Positions 39,663 to 53,325 of a stretch of DNA of 64,000 bases are shown piece after piece. The notes under the pieces were generated by a model that worked only from the letters and a program-made list of their open reading frames with translations, ran no database searches and was not told the origin of the DNA. Both the position numbers and the translations under genes were made by a program. Positions within the stretch are counted from its first letter, which is position 1, and the number at the start of each line of letters is the position of its first letter. This DNA comes from Moniliella sp. 'wahieum' (Eukaryota), in NCBI GenBank assembly GCA_003971905.1, contig RSEE01000001.1, positions 1,116,001 through 1,180,000 of the forward strand. The letters run 5' to 3'.

Positions 39663-40837
39663 TGTTGGCCTAGGGAGCCGGACGGGCAGAAGGATGAGGA
39701 GAAGGTGATGGATTGGAGCCAGAGTTGGGTCTGGGTACAGAGGCATCTATATAGGAGGCTGGACTAGGCACAGGGACAGTGAGTCACACAGGAGAGAGTG
39801 CAGGGCACAGGGACAGTGACACGCAGGGACGTCAGCGTGGAAGCCGATGGAACCGAGGCGAACCTGGTCTACCGACTGGGAGCCAGAGGATCACAGTCAA
39901 CAGAAGTAAAAGTAGTAGGGGTTGCGCCCCGAAGCGATTTGGTGGGCAAAAGTAAAAAGCACCAGTTATAGGTGTAGTGAAAGAAAATTGGAAACTTGGA
40001 GTAAATGCGGTCCAAGGTCGTTTGGCATCAAAATTGGATGCGTTTGGTAGTTGTTTGGTTCCGCATGCCTGGTGCCAGGGGTCCATTGGGCATGGGAAAT
40101 GAACGGGCGCTATGCGTCAACCGTCTTGATCTGTTTGGGTTCTTTTGTTGTTGAAAAAGAGGAGTGGAAGAAGTTGGGTGACCACCCCCCCCCATCCTTT
40201 CCCCAGGTGCCCCGGATGAATTGGCAATCCGGGGCGTGTAGCCGTGGGTGGGGCACTTGATGAGCAGCCACCCCCGCTTTCTGCGATTCGCCTGCGCCGT
40301 TTTGTCGTTGGAGGAATTTCGTCTCGTTGACGATACCCGACACGTTTTGTTCGTCGTGTGTTGTCCCTAAAAATCATTGCCCCATCTGTGGGGGACGAGT
40401 GTGCCGATTGTGGCGGTAGTATGCCGATTGTGGCGGTAGTATGCCGATTGTGGCGTAAGGTGCCGATTGTGGCGGTGGTGTTGTTGGGCGGGAGGACGGG
40501 TGTGTCTTGTGGGCTTGGCGGCTTAGCTTGGGCTTGTAGGCTTGGGGGTGGGCTTGCTTGAAGAGCGCTCCCCTTCCGGGGGGATCAGATTGTAGCTCTG
40601 TTGGCCTAGGGAGCCGGACGGGCAGAAGGATGAGGAGAAGGTGATGGATTGGAGCCAGAGTTGGGTCTGGGTACAGAGGCATCTATATAGGAGGCTGGAC
40701 TAGGCACAGGGACAGTGAGTCACACAGGAGAGAGTGCAGGGCACAGGGACAGTGACACGCAGGGACGTCAGCGTGGAAGCCGATGGAACCGAGGCGAACC
40801 TGGCTACCGACTGGGAGCCAGAGGATCACAGTCAACA
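39663..40837. mobile_element. Non-autonomous LTR retroelement (TRIM-like): LTR 39663-39902, 696-bp internal region, LTR 40599-40837
   Basis: 240/239-bp direct repeats differing by one indel; TGTTG...CAACA termini; TATA-like CTATATAG; GACAG target-site duplication at 39658-39662 and 40838-40842. Confidence 0.93.
40401..40476. repeat. ~20-bp tandem repeat x4 inside the LTR element
   Basis: TGCCGATTGTGGCGGTAGTA-like units. Confidence 0.85.
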
Positions 40838-42427
40838 GACAGAGACAGAGAAATGCTACACCTCTCAGGCCTCAGGCTTGCTTGGCGCTCACATGCACGT
40901 TGCACGCTGAGCGCTCAAAGTCGCTCATCCGGCATGTGCTCTGTTGTTCGTACAACGTCAACAATCCGCAACCGGTAACAGGTAACCGGTAACCCCACAC
41001 ATGAAACGCGAGGCTCGCCAGTAGAGGTCTCAGATCTCAGACCTCAGGCCATAGACCTCATATGCATCATGCAAACCCACCAAGCACAGGAAGCCAATGG
41101 TTTGTCGCACTCAGGCCAGTACCTTCTGGCCCCCGCCATTCGCTTCAAATCGCCTGTAGCGCCAGAGTGGATGTGAATGAGCGCAGAGCGTGGTGTAATA
41201 GGCATATGTGGGCGCGATGATCGATAAACGTTGGACACGTTGGACACGTTGAACACGTTGAACCATCTCAACAGATACGTCTGAGAAACATTTTTCCAGT
41301 ACAAAAAAATATCCTTTGATGGCGATCTGATTCCCTGCACGCAGCACCCGCAGGTGTTAAGATCCGGGGAAAGATCGGGCTTTGTGGAAAAGCTATTATA
41401 GACCTTGAATGCGTCCAGTTTTGAGTACTCGGCATTCTTCTAACAATACGCTTGTGCTCTACAACAGTCGATACAACATCTTTGCGTTCGACAGGTATGA
41501 CGGTTTGTCTATTCTGAACGTCTTATCGATCGACGTACCAATAACAGCTACCTACGTTTAAGTATATAAGTTAATCGTCGGAACCCACAACCTCGAGATC
41601 TGTGAAATCAAAAAGGCACAGTGATTGATGATTAAGATGGTTAAACGTTAATGCAATGGGCGCCCTCTGTGTTGTTTTCTCGGAGGGGGGGGTTAGCTTT
41701 CTAAATATGTATTTGATGCTATGAAGGCATCACAGATCTCAGAGGGGTGTGTGCGGTGGTGTATAATTTAGTCCAAACTTACTATAGAGTTCTTGTCTCA
41801 ATTGGATGGCTCCTATTAGCGAAGGGAGAGGTGAGAAAAAAGAGAGGCGGGGGGAGGGACTTCATATGTCGATGGTGGGCCTGCTGGAGTAGCTGGTGCG
41901 ATTCTGACATTTGCTGGAGAGTGCTTTTGTGTGTGTACGTGGCAACAAGCTTCAAGCTATACATATTAATGTTTACACAATTATATTCACACAGTCATGC
42001 ATCATGCTCATGATCCTACAACCTCCCATAACCCAAACCCCGCGCAGCAACAGAATAGAGCCTGAGGCTCAGGCCTGAGGGACGCTTCCCTGAGGCTTCA
42101 AGCTCACGCTCTCAAGCTCTCAAGCTTCAAGCTTATTCAACACGACTAACGACGTACTAACATTCAACGAACGTCGTTCAACCTAGTGAGCTTTCAGTGC
42201 TCTCGAATATTTTTGTTTTGGCCGTTTTGTTGTCTTGACGGAGTGTATAGTACTCGACGTGTTATTACGTTCAACGTTCAACGTTCAACGAGTTCAACGT
42301 CCAAATGGAACCTTCAAGCTTCAGGCGTCACACTCACGCGTCACGCTTCAAGAGCTAGTTTCAAGCAGTAACTAATAACTAGCAACTAATAAGCGCTAAG
42401 CGAGAGAGTGCCTAGTTTCGGGCCACG

Positions 42428-42467
42428 AGTTACTAGTTACTAGTTACTAGTTACTACTTACTAGTTA
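42428..42467. repeat. (TTACTAG)n 7-bp tandem array of palindromic ACTAGT
   Basis: About 5 copies; related arrays at 42915-42985. Confidence 0.9.
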
Positions 42468-43727
42468 GGCTTCGCCTGCCCGGCTACGTACTGTTTTGCA
42501 AGAGCTGTGTTCCTAAGTTGGGCGTACGTTGCTCAAATTGCACCCATTCCATTATATTCAGCGACGCATTTGTTTGTTTGTTGGGTGCTTTTGCCGAGCG
42601 CCGAAGACCACCCAGTACTGTGGCCCTGAGCTTGAACCTTGAGCTCTTGAAGGACTCGACGTTAGGCAGATAGCAGTGTAGGCGGTAGGCGTGTGGCATG
42701 TGGCATGCGAGCGCTGGGCGTGCACATTGGACGCTGGGTGAATTGGCTGAGGCGCTGGGGCGCTGAGGCGGTTGTTGAAGGCGCTGAAGCTCTGAAAGGC
42801 TACGGAGTACTGTGGGCGTTGGCGCCGCGCCGTTCAGGCTGAGGCGCTGACGTGCGCTGAGAGACGAGCGATGTGGAAGAGGCTGCGCGCGAGGTGATGT
42901 GGGTCTGGAGGTAGGGACTAGTGACTAGTGACTACAATGATAAGTACAACGTACCAACTTTGTAACTAGTAACTAGTAACTAATAGCCTCCTCGAAGTGC
43001 GTTGTGCGCGGCGCTCCTGTGCTCTCCGCCACGCCAATCCGAAGCATTCCGAAACAATATCCAAAAAAGCCTAACAGTGGCAACGCACCTTGGGTCGTGC
43101 GCACACCTGTCGTATCACAGCTAGGCGGGAGGCACAACGGGGGACACGCCCCTGAAGTTCGCTTCTAGGGGACTGCGCGCCGATACGTCCTGTTTAGCCC
43201 CTCCGAAGCTTGGGCTTTTGGCGTTGAAGCTTGAAGAGAAGTGTGCAGCTTGGAGGCGAGCCAGCCCTAGGCGAGCCTCGGCGCCAGCGTACCTGTGGAG
43301 GGAGTGGGTACTGGGTGGATGGTAGAAGTACATACGTCTCCGAATACACCCGATACTGACAACTGTGACATGTGACAACGCGCAACTGCACCTCACAACC
43401 GCAGGGACACACACACACACCACGCACCAGGCAGCTCAGGCCCTGGCCTGCGCCCTCCTCCTGCCCGTCAGCGCCAGAGAGCAGCACACAGGCATCCTCT
43501 GGCATGCTTACTTGTTGCGCTGTGCTGTACTCGTCTTCGCTTCGCGCACAGCCCCCTTAAAACATCTCGCCATCCACACGCCCATCACCCTCCCGGTTTC
43601 CCCACTTGCCCGCCCAGCACAGCCCCACACAGCAAAACGCAACACAACACATACACACACAGCGTCTGATCGATCTCATCTCGCTCCGTTCTCATCTTCC
43701 CCCCCTCTCTTCTCCCCCTCCGTCTCC

Positions 43728-46590
43728 ATGCCCATCCGCTCCTAGCATCCACGGCGCCGTCTGGGTCGTTGCCCCCGACCCCGCCGCGCAACACCCAGTG
43801 CTGCTCCCGTTGGGCCGCTGGCTGGGCCTCGCTCGAGCCCAATGGCCTCCTCCTCATCCACCTCCCCGCCCCCGCCAGCGCGAGCGCCCATGTCACACTT
43901 GCCTCCTCCTTGCACTGTCGTCCGCACCCGCAAGGTTGCTCTCGACAGCCCATGACCCCCCCTTTGGTCCAGACTCCCTCACCCTCACCCACACTCATCC
44001 GCACCGCTGTCACCAAGCCCGAGCCCAAGCCCGAGCACGAGCCTGCGGCAAACTCACCTTCATCACAAGCGTTCGGGCAGTATTGGTAACTGGTTCCGCT
44101 CAAATGCCCGCCGCCCCTCCTCCCAATTCTCCTGCCACCGGGCCGGCACCCCTGCCCAATTCAAGCGAGCGCCCCTATGCAGTGCAGGTCGAGCTTCTGC
44201 TTCTGCCCGCCCTGACCATAACCACTACCCTGTAGCCTGGTGTGACTTTGACACGGGGCCAATGTGGCTGGCCAAGGGATCTTTACCGTGTAGTCCCCTC
44301 CTTTTTCCCAAGTCAACTCACCTTCTTGCAGTGGAATTTAGGTCACTTAAATTGCGCTCCATGATGAGTCTGACCACACTGTTTTCTTTTTGCTTTCCGC
44401 AGCCCCCACGTTTCGTTTTCCGTGTGGGCCAATGCCGACCTGGCTAACGATTGGGCGTCGGCCCTGGCGCCGCTCTTGGACTCCAACCGTTCTCCGGTTC
44501 AAACACCAATGCTGCGCAGTACACCATCTCTCCCCGCCCTCAATGCCCTGGCGCCACGACCGCCTCGGGCTTGCCTGTGCCTGCGCCAGCCCCCACCTCG
44601 CTCACGCGCCCTTACTATTCTCCCAACTTGCCAAGGCCCAATTCCCTTCTCAACCCTCCACGCCTTCCGTTGGCTCACCTCAATTGCGTCAACGTATTTG
44701 CCCCTTACCCAGAGGAGAACGGTACACGCTGCAACACTCTGACGACGGGGGTTGACCGGCGCAAACCCAACCTACTTCAACGGGTAGGCCTCTTGCCTCG
44801 GACGCGTAGTCAACGTGTGTTGCACTCTGGCAATCCAAACCAACCGCGCCCCCTTCCTTGGTCTTCCCTGTTGGCCGCACTTTTTCTTCGACTTCCTTTT
44901 TCAGCGAGACTCCGATGGCATTACAACACGCCTCCCGCCGAGGCTCGGACGCATCCTCTCTCCGGTGCTGAGTACGGTCGCCTGTGCACCTACCCAGGTG
45001 GATCTTCAGCGGCACATTTCGTCCAGCTGGTTGCTCCCTCACCCCCCACACCCTCCTCACCCCCCTCCTTCGGCCGAAGGCGACTTTCATCCGTCTTACA
45101 CCCCCTCCCTTGCGGCCTCGAGCGAGCCCAAGAGCCCACCGCTGCCTCCCCACGGTGCGTTGGACCTGTACATGGACGAACCGACCGTCGTTGGACCCGC
45201 TGGTTTCCTTGGTTGATCCCCCGATCGGTCGTCCCAAAGTGCTTCCCCCAGATGGCGTCCATGCCGCAGCTGAGCATCGAGAGTAGGAGGAGAAAGCGGG
45301 ACTCCATGCCTTCCCCTGGGCTGGCGGCGCTTTGCTTCGGCGAGCCAGTTGGTTGGGCCGCGCCCCCCACGGAGGAGGAAACGGCGCAGTTTGATTACCT
45401 CTCCTTTCCCTTGGGACGGGGAGAATGAAGTAACCAGGAGGAAATGCCTGCTGGGCTTGCCCGACTTTGAAACGACCACCAAACAACCCTCTCACCCATT
45501 CCGCTCCGACGCGCTGCTGGTCACGACCTTGACGCCGGGAGGGGGTCGACACCCAGACGAGGGCGTATGCTACTTTTGGTTATGACTCTCTGGCTGCCTC
45601 GCTACAAGAGGCCGAGCGCCCTTTGCCTCGTTCGGCCCTTTGACCGCCTAGTTCAAATACCCTGCTCTTTCTTCATCCACGCGAATCACGACCCCTTCCA
45701 TCTGCATACGACACTCTATCAGCATCAGCCCTCACATGTCCCGCTTCCGCTATCGGTATTCGAATGTGTCCTACTGCTCGACTCTCTCCGTCCATACTTC
45801 AGCGAGCCATACACGTATCCCCATAGATTGGTAGTAGGACAAGAGCAGCACAGCAATAGCTGATTCAGCCCCCAAAACACTGTTCAACACCTGGCAGTAG
45901 CCCAGGATCCGGAACCTGTAGAATCCCGTGTGAGATTGGGGGACCATAGGCACGGTTCCTTATACAGGAATCGGACCAGTTGACATCCAATAGTTCCAAC
46001 GTCACCAGCTTTTGCCGTTCGTGTTGCCTCAGCATCTCGCCCCGGATAGGTTCGACAAGCATATGCTCACCTCCCCCTAGGACATGCCAACGGATGGCAC
46101 TAAGGGTGGCTTGGTGTTCCACAAGCTCTTGCTGTACCTCGAGCACCATGCACCACTAGGTTCCTTTGTTTGCTTGTTGTGCGCCCGCGCTGGCTCCTTG
46201 TCCTTACGCGACTAGCACGTAGTGCCAAAAGTGTCAGCTCGGGAATCCGATTCGTTGTCCCTGTGCTGGCGATGATCGGAAGCGGACGACGAAGCCGACG
46301 CCAGAGCCAGGGCCTGCTCAGGGCTTGGACCCGTACGCAACTGAGGCCCCAAATCGTCCCTCCCCCACACAGAGGAACCTGCTTAACGCCGCAGCAAGCT
46401 AGTGACCCCCTTGTGTGCCCCTTATACCCACCCAATCCCTACCCACTGAAGGATCCTGTTTGTTGTCAAGCCAACCGAGCAAACCAAGCCGACGCGAACG
46501 CCGTTGATGCTCCCACCTCCCTCTCGCTCAGTTCCGGCGGCAAGAAAGGCCAGGGGAGCTTGGCCCATGCGGCGTCTTGTCCGGTGACCT
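43728..46590 (+). CDS. Hypothetical Pro/Ser-rich protein (structure uncertain, probably spliced)
   Basis: Long + strand ORF pieces (e.g. 44451-45428); possible intron ~44086-44402; no recognisable domain. Confidence 0.35.
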
Positions 46591-46592
46591 GA

Positions 46593-46916
46593 TCAATCTG
46601 TAGCGGGAGAATTCAGTATGCTGGCCATGGTACGCGACCCCCCCCTCCCCTCCCCTTCCCTGGCGGGAGATGGTGACGTACCTAATCGAGAGGGCGCATT
46701 TTTTTGGATGGGCGCATTCGCTTGGTGCGCTCCGCGGGGGTTGGGGCTGTAGCAAGGGGACCTCCGTCCTCGGTTCGGTGGCGGGCAGGTTCTCGTCCCG
46801 CTTGCGCTTGCCATGCACTGGTTCCACCGTATAGTCCACACCAACCGCTCCCCGGCATCGCCGCCATACTCCGTGTCCGAGTCGAGCACGTAATTTTCTT
46901 CCAACTCGTCTGCCAT
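46593..46916 (-). CDS. Hypothetical protein, acidic N-terminus with KRKR NLS-like motif (probably 5' exon only)
   Basis: MADELEENYVLDSDTEYGGD... then HGKRKRDENLP after a frameshift. Confidence 0.4.
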   Translation of the reverse strand: MADELEENYVLDSDTEYGGDAGERLVWTIRWNQCMASASGTRTCPPPNRGRRSPCYSPNPRGAHQANAPIQKNAPSRLGTSPSPAREGEGRGGSRTMASILNSPATD

Positions 46917-47945
46917 CGTTTCTCCTTCGTTGCCGGTGGGTCGGGGTGCGGGGCGCGGGTGGGTGGACCTTGGCGAGGACGACGATGATGATGATGGCGG
47001 AAGAAGTGAGGCGGGCGGAGGCGGCCACTACAGCCGGGCCAGACTGGGCCAGGCGCGGGCTGAACACGCGCGTGACCGCGCTGAGCTGCTGAGGCTGAAG
47101 GCGCTAAAGCTTGAGCGGCGAAAAGCGGGCCGACTGTCGATCGCAGGTTTGCTCTGGTTTTATTTGCGGACAGGGTTGCTGCACACTGCCCCGTGGCCAA
47201 CGTTCAAAGTTGAAGTTCAAGAGGGGTGTTTTACATTGTTCTTGCCAGGTTCCAGATCCGTCACACGTCATCGATCATCCATCATCGTCGACAGCCGATG
47301 GAATGGGAGCGGTCACGCTCACGCACAGTTGAAGCTTTGAAGCTTGACACGTGAAGCGCGTGAAGGGCGGGAGGGTGGGTTGACGCGTTGACGCAAGAGA
47401 ACCTCATATCTTTTTAGTGGGAGCAGTAGGTGGAGCCAAATTCCGACTGTGGGGCCTCGGTTGTTGTGCGATGGCCACATTTCTCTGCACTGCGTGTGAA
47501 GCTGGTGAAGCTTGAACACGTGCTACCGGGAGAACCGTTGGACGTCATGGGGAACCATATGCGAAAGAACGCCAACTCCGCCTTGAAGGCAGAGCACTCA
47601 CCAATACAGAAAAAATATATACCAGGCAGAGGGTCAAGCTGCTCACGCGTTAACCGCGCGTTATACAAAACAGCCTGCAAGTAACAGGGATCCGACTCGG
47701 CATGACGATTCATCGTGAAGAGCGATGACACCCACAAAAGAGGACATGGATGGTACGATAGATGCGTGTTGAAGTCATATGCGGGGGAAGGTAGACGAGG
47801 GAATTTTTTCGGATATTGAACTAACGAGAAGGGGATGAAAGCTTCCTCGTTAACGGTATGATGTGTTGCATGTTGCACGGATAAAAGCACAAAGAGCGGA
47901 AAGGTGCGCTGGGTTCCGGCTTTGGTCCTGTGACTCTCCTGTCTC

Positions 47946-49368
47946 TCACGTGAGAAGACGAGTGAGAATGTTTGCAGGTGTCTGGGAGACTTGGTTGTAA
48001 ATCTGCTGCCCTCGGGGTGTGAGACGTCCGAGATGTCGGCCATGAGGTAGGCGAGGCCCTGCTTGGAGTCCGAGTGCTGCTTGTCCACATTGTGAGAACC
48101 CAGGATCTCATTGATCGCCCGTAGTACACCGGGCTGGTTTGGTGTACATAGCAGATTCGTACGGCCTGGTCAGCCTCGGTGATGGCACGTAGATCCACTT
48201 CGGGAAAGTGACCGAGCCAATGGAGGTGCCAAAAGGGTGAGGGCGAGCCAACGCAGAGGCCACCTCAATCCAATCATCCGTTGTGCCTCCTCGGTTGACC
48301 GCCAATGTGAGGGGTGAGAATGATGTTGCGACAGGCACGTAGGTCCTCGACCCACGGATGAGTGCATTGGTAAAGGTGTCCTTACCATTGGCCGCAGGCT
48401 CCTTGGGGAACACTCCCAGCCGCCCCACCCAACTGACCCGACTGCAGCGCCGCCACCAGCGCTGGTACATCCACCACTGTGCCACGGGCATTGTTGAGAA
48501 GTAGGCGCCTTTCTTCATGGCAGCAAACTGGGCTTGGCCAAACATGTTGCGCGTATCCGCCTGGTCAGGTAGTGGACCGTGACAAAAGTCCGCCACTTCC
48601 AGCACTTCCTCCAACGTGTCCAATTGCCGTGCCGAACCCAAGGGCATGAGGGGCAGCACGTCGTAGTAAACCACCACCCATTCCCATGCTCTCGGCCAAA
48701 ACCGAGAGCTGGACCCCATGTGGCCGTATCCGACAATCCCAGCGTCTTGCCCGGATTTCAAAGCATTGCTTTGACACCTTGTTCCATTCGCCCGCCTTGA
48801 GCTCGCCTACCGGTCCGTCAACTGCCGCGACAGTGCAATCATCCCCAATCACCAGTTCGCCAGAACGTGAATTGGCAAAGGGCGAGTTGAACACCACCAC
48901 ACCACTCCGGCTTGCGGCCTCGAGGTCGACCTGGTTGGTACCGATGCAGAAGCAGCCGACGGCCAACAGCTCTTGGCATGTGCAAAACCTTGGCCGTCAA
49001 CTTGGTGGACCGGATCCAATCACGTTGTACTCGCCAATCTTGCTGCAAGTTCCGCCTCGGACCAGGCCGAGGTGAAAAAGTCGACTTGGAACCCCCTGTT
49101 CACGAAGGATCTGCACTGCGCCCGCCGACATTCTTCAACAGCAAATCTTGAGGTCGACCGCGTAAAGGGATGCAAGAGACGCGGCGTTGTGACACCATGT
49201 TTCCCGCCCAGGCAGCACGGGGGCAAGGGTGGGCGAGCCGCTGGTGGACAAGTACTCGAGGCGTCGCTACCACTCACGCCAACTGGTGGGCTGGGGCGGC
49301 CGGATGGCGATGGGCGCAGCACCCGTCTGTGGACGGTGGAAGGCTTGGGTGTGGTGGTCGTCGCCCAT
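47946..49368 (-). CDS. SER3: D-3-phosphoglycerate dehydrogenase, heavily frameshifted
   Basis: IRSTKLTAKVL, AVGCFCIGTNQVDL, VFNSPFANSRS, GIVGYGH, VFPKEPAANG, ACT domain VDKQHSDSKQGLAYLMADI..NILTRLL. Confidence 0.93.
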
Positions 49369-50144
49369 GAGGAGAGTGGGAAGAGGGAATGCACAAAGCG
49401 GTGGTGGCGACCGGGCAGGACCGGGGCGGCGAGGTCCGTTGAAATACGTCTCTGGCTCCGCCTGGACCACCTGCCCTTACGGATTCAGGATGAACACGTT
49501 GATCGTTGGACTGCCGACGTTTGCGCAATAATTAAATCGGGTGCCGGGCATTGCCGCGCCCAGCTCAGCGCCAGTGTGGCATCCTTCGCCCGCCTGCCGC
49601 TTTTCTCCGTTGCCCAGAAGCCGCTTTGGGGGGGGGGCAGACCAGCACCGTCCGATCTAAGATCCATCTCAGGCCTCAGGGTCCCCCTCTTTCCACTCGA
49701 TCAGCCGGAACTAGTAACCGGTCCATCTCTTGTGTCGCATGTCACTGACGTGACGGACAAAAACGTATACGTGCGCGCGTCAAGCTTCAAAATTGACATC
49801 TTGGAACTCATCAAGCTCATCACAAGCGCATCAAGCCTCATCGATCTCATCGACTTTTCATCGACTCCAATAAGGGAACGTACGCTTGCAGGCCAAATAA
49901 AGTGTTTGGGTTTTACATGCACGTGCTGTTTGGCCATAGCAGTCGGGTTTCCCCACGGCCTAGCGAATGTCTGATGCTGCCGAGGGCCACCTGGCTCGGG
50001 TGCCTATAGCACAAGGAAGACCAGTTTGAGCCCCTGCTTCCATCAAGGGTTTACACGAGGCTACGGTCACATTTCATGAAGTCTAGGTTTCAGTATTCAT
50101 ACTTGTCCTAGCAGGTCCTGCTAATTTTGTGGTCACCCTGGTGC

Positions 50145-51544
50145 TCACTTCTTCAGCAGCTCGTTGAGCGCGGCAATGCTCATCGACTTGGGACGCTCGA
50201 TCGGCAGGCCCAGCGCACGGTCCCATACCAGCTGGGGCAGTGCACCCAGCGCACGCGACACACCAAAGATGACCGTGTAGTAGGTGAACTCGGACAGACC
50301 GTACGCGTCCAACACGCAGCCCGACGCGGCATCCACATTGGGGAACGGGTTCTTGGTCTTGCCGTGCTCCTTGAGCACATCGGGCGCCACCTGGGCCACC
50401 TTCTTGACCAGCTGCACAATCGGCGCCTCTTGCAGCTCAGGGCGCGTGTCGCAGAACCGTTGGAGCGCAATAAAGCGCGGGTCGGGCTTGCGCAGCACTG
50501 CGTGCCCGTACCCGGGCACCACCCGGCCCGACTTGAGCGTTGCCCAGAGCGCATCCCGGATCTGGTCCAGCGACGCACCGTCCCCAACCTCCTTCTGCAA
50601 CGCAAGGTTCCACCCCAGCACCTCCTGGTTGGCCAGCCGTGCAGGGGGCCAGCCAGACCCAGCAGACCGGCCGAGTAGGACAAGTAAGGGTCAGACAGCG
50701 CCGATCCGACCAGGTGGGTCGTGTGGCCGACACATTCCCGCCCTCGTGGTCACCGTGGATGGCGATGTAGAGACGCAGGTAGTCAATCATGCCCACGTTG
50801 TCGCCATAGCCAATCATGCTCGAGTAGTTGCCAATCCAGTCCTTGTTGGCATCAATGGCCTGCTTGCCATCGCCCTTGCCAAACGTGTTGTAGTAGATCC
50901 GGGCCGCGACGGCAGGAAGCTTGGCAATCAGCGTAATCGAGTCCTCCAGCGTTGGCTGCCAGTACTCGGTCTTCTTGAGGCCCTGCTTGTACTTGGCAGC
51001 AAAGACCGAGTCGTGGTTGAGCGCCGCCACGGCCGCAGCAAACTGGGTCATGGGGTGCATCGTCTTGGGGAAGCCGTCAATGAGCTTGATGACTAGTCGG
51101 GAGGGACCCCTTGGCAGCCAACTCTTGCGACAGTTGCTTCACCTCGGCCACCGTCGGCACCTTGCCCGTCAGCACGAGCCACAACATGGACTCGGGCAGG
51201 ATCGAGTCGCCGACCAGGCCCAGGTCCGAGGCCTTGGGCAGCAGCTGCTGGGCCTCGGGGATGGACTTGCCGTGGAAGGTGATGCCCGTCTCGGCGTCGA
51301 GGACACTGCCCTCCCACAGCATCACCTTGAGCCCACGCATGCCACCGAGCAGGTGGGAGAGCTTGACCTCGCCCAGGCTGGCGTCGGCATACTTGGCCTT
51401 GAGCTGCTTGAGTGCTCCTGCTTCTCGGGCACGACCTCGGCCACGGCTTGGGCGAGCGTCTTGGTGGAGGCGTAGCGCAGGCCGGTGCGGAGGGCGGGGG
51501 GGGGCGCGGGTGGCACGCAGGGTGGATGTAAGGGAAGGGAGCAT
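50145..51544 (-). CDS. Citrate-synthase-family enzyme, most likely mitochondrial 2-methylcitrate synthase
   Basis: [63 protein letters not shown]. Confidence 0.9.
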
Positions 51545-53325
51545 GGCTAGGGAGAGAGGAAGGCGGGGCGGGTAAGGACGGGCGGTGGACGCCGAGGGCG
51601 GGAGGGCGGCGAGTGTATTTATATCGCAGCCATGTGCTCCTTCCGGACCAGTGGGGGGGGGGGGCACGGGCTGGGACGGGGGCAGCATTGCGCAGCAGGG
51701 GCAGCTGGTGGCTGGTGGCGGCTATCCACTGCACGGAGAAGCGGTGCGGAGCGGGTCGGCGGGGGCGGAGTGTGCCCCCGTGCGGGTGCCTGGAGCCCGC
51801 ATAACCCTAGCAGAGGGCGTGTGCTTGGTATGTAGGCTGCATGCGGGGGCGGGAATAGGCAGGCGAGCGCATTGCGCGTGCCTGCGCTCGGGCCGGGCGT
51901 CGGCCCGGGCCGACACGCGGACGCAGACTGGCCGGGTGCGGGGTGCGTGAACGCGTCGAGAAGAAGGCCAAGCGTTGAACGTTGAACGTTGAAAGTTGAG
52001 CGCCCGAGACAGACGCGCCCAGAGCCGTGAAAGGCGGCGCAGCACACACCGGCGCATGGGCCTCCGTGCAGCATCCCAGCCATGCCTAGCACCCTGGCAT
52101 CCAGCAGGCCTGCGCGCCACCCGGCCAGTGACCGCCACTGGTCACTGCTCACGCTCACGCCCCGTGCTCACCACCTGGCCTGCCCGCCGGGATCTCCCAA
52201 CCTCTCCCCCAGCGCAACGGCCAGGGCGCCTCGCCCCCGCCCCACACACCACGCACCCGTGCAAGCCGCACGCGCAAGGCGTAGGGACGAGTCAGCGAGT
52301 AGTGATTGTCACCATCTGCGCGTGGGGGTTCGTGAGACCTGAGGCCAGGATGCCTGGGGCCAAAATGGCTGCCACGCTTCGCGAAATGCCGTCAGGGTGT
52401 CTGTCATTGTCTTCAACTCATTAATCCTTGCTCATTCGTCTGGGGCAGCGTAGCAGCGGCGGAAGTAGCGGACGGCAGACCAAAGCAACCCACTCAGGAT
52501 CCGCAGGCCAGCGTCCTCCGAACATCCCGCCCAGGCCGAAGCGCCCTTGCGGCTCCGCAGTTGCTCCGCTTGGTCCGTTTGTTGGGGCAGGACGCGCCCA
52601 GGGGGTCCTCGACTACCTGCACGCCGTGCATTGCCTTGAACGGAGGCAGCCACCCCAAACAGGATGCCCCGTCGACCCCATCGGTCATCGATCAGCATCG
52701 CTCTAGCGCAAAACACGCGCTGGGCCGGTACCGCCGGGATCGTGCTGCAGCCCTAAGGCCTAATAGCCCAAGGGCTACTACGATCTATCGGAGTACTAGT
52801 GACCTAGCGCCTCGATCTCACGCAGACAGTGGCGCCAAGGGAGGGCGGGCTGTGTGCCTGAGTCTAGACCAACTAAGCATTGCTCCTCCGCTTCCCCACT
52901 ACGAAGGCACACTTACCCCACACAATCCTACCTTAGCTTTTTTATTTCTTCTTCTTTGGGGCGCCGGCTGCATCAGTGGGGTGTGCTCTGCGTCATGTAC
53001 TCCTTCATTCGACTAAAGGGTCTCACTTGTCTGGTCACCAGCTGCTAGTTACTAGCTTTACTCGTTACCGCCTTTTACCGCTTAGCGCTTCATCCTAGAC
53101 TTGCGGTCCTGGCTCCGCGTGAACAATTGATTGCTCTACCCCAACCACGTGAGCCAAGCATTCATTTCGTGGGCAGCACTGGTAGCGCAACTCCACCACA
53201 TACCAGCAGGGGACGATGAAGACAAAAGGAACGAAAACGTTGCGAGGTCACGCGGGTCACGAGAATGACCTGCAGCAGCGATGGCTCGAACCAAGCTGGC
53301 AAAGAGGATGCGGGCAAGCCTTGGC

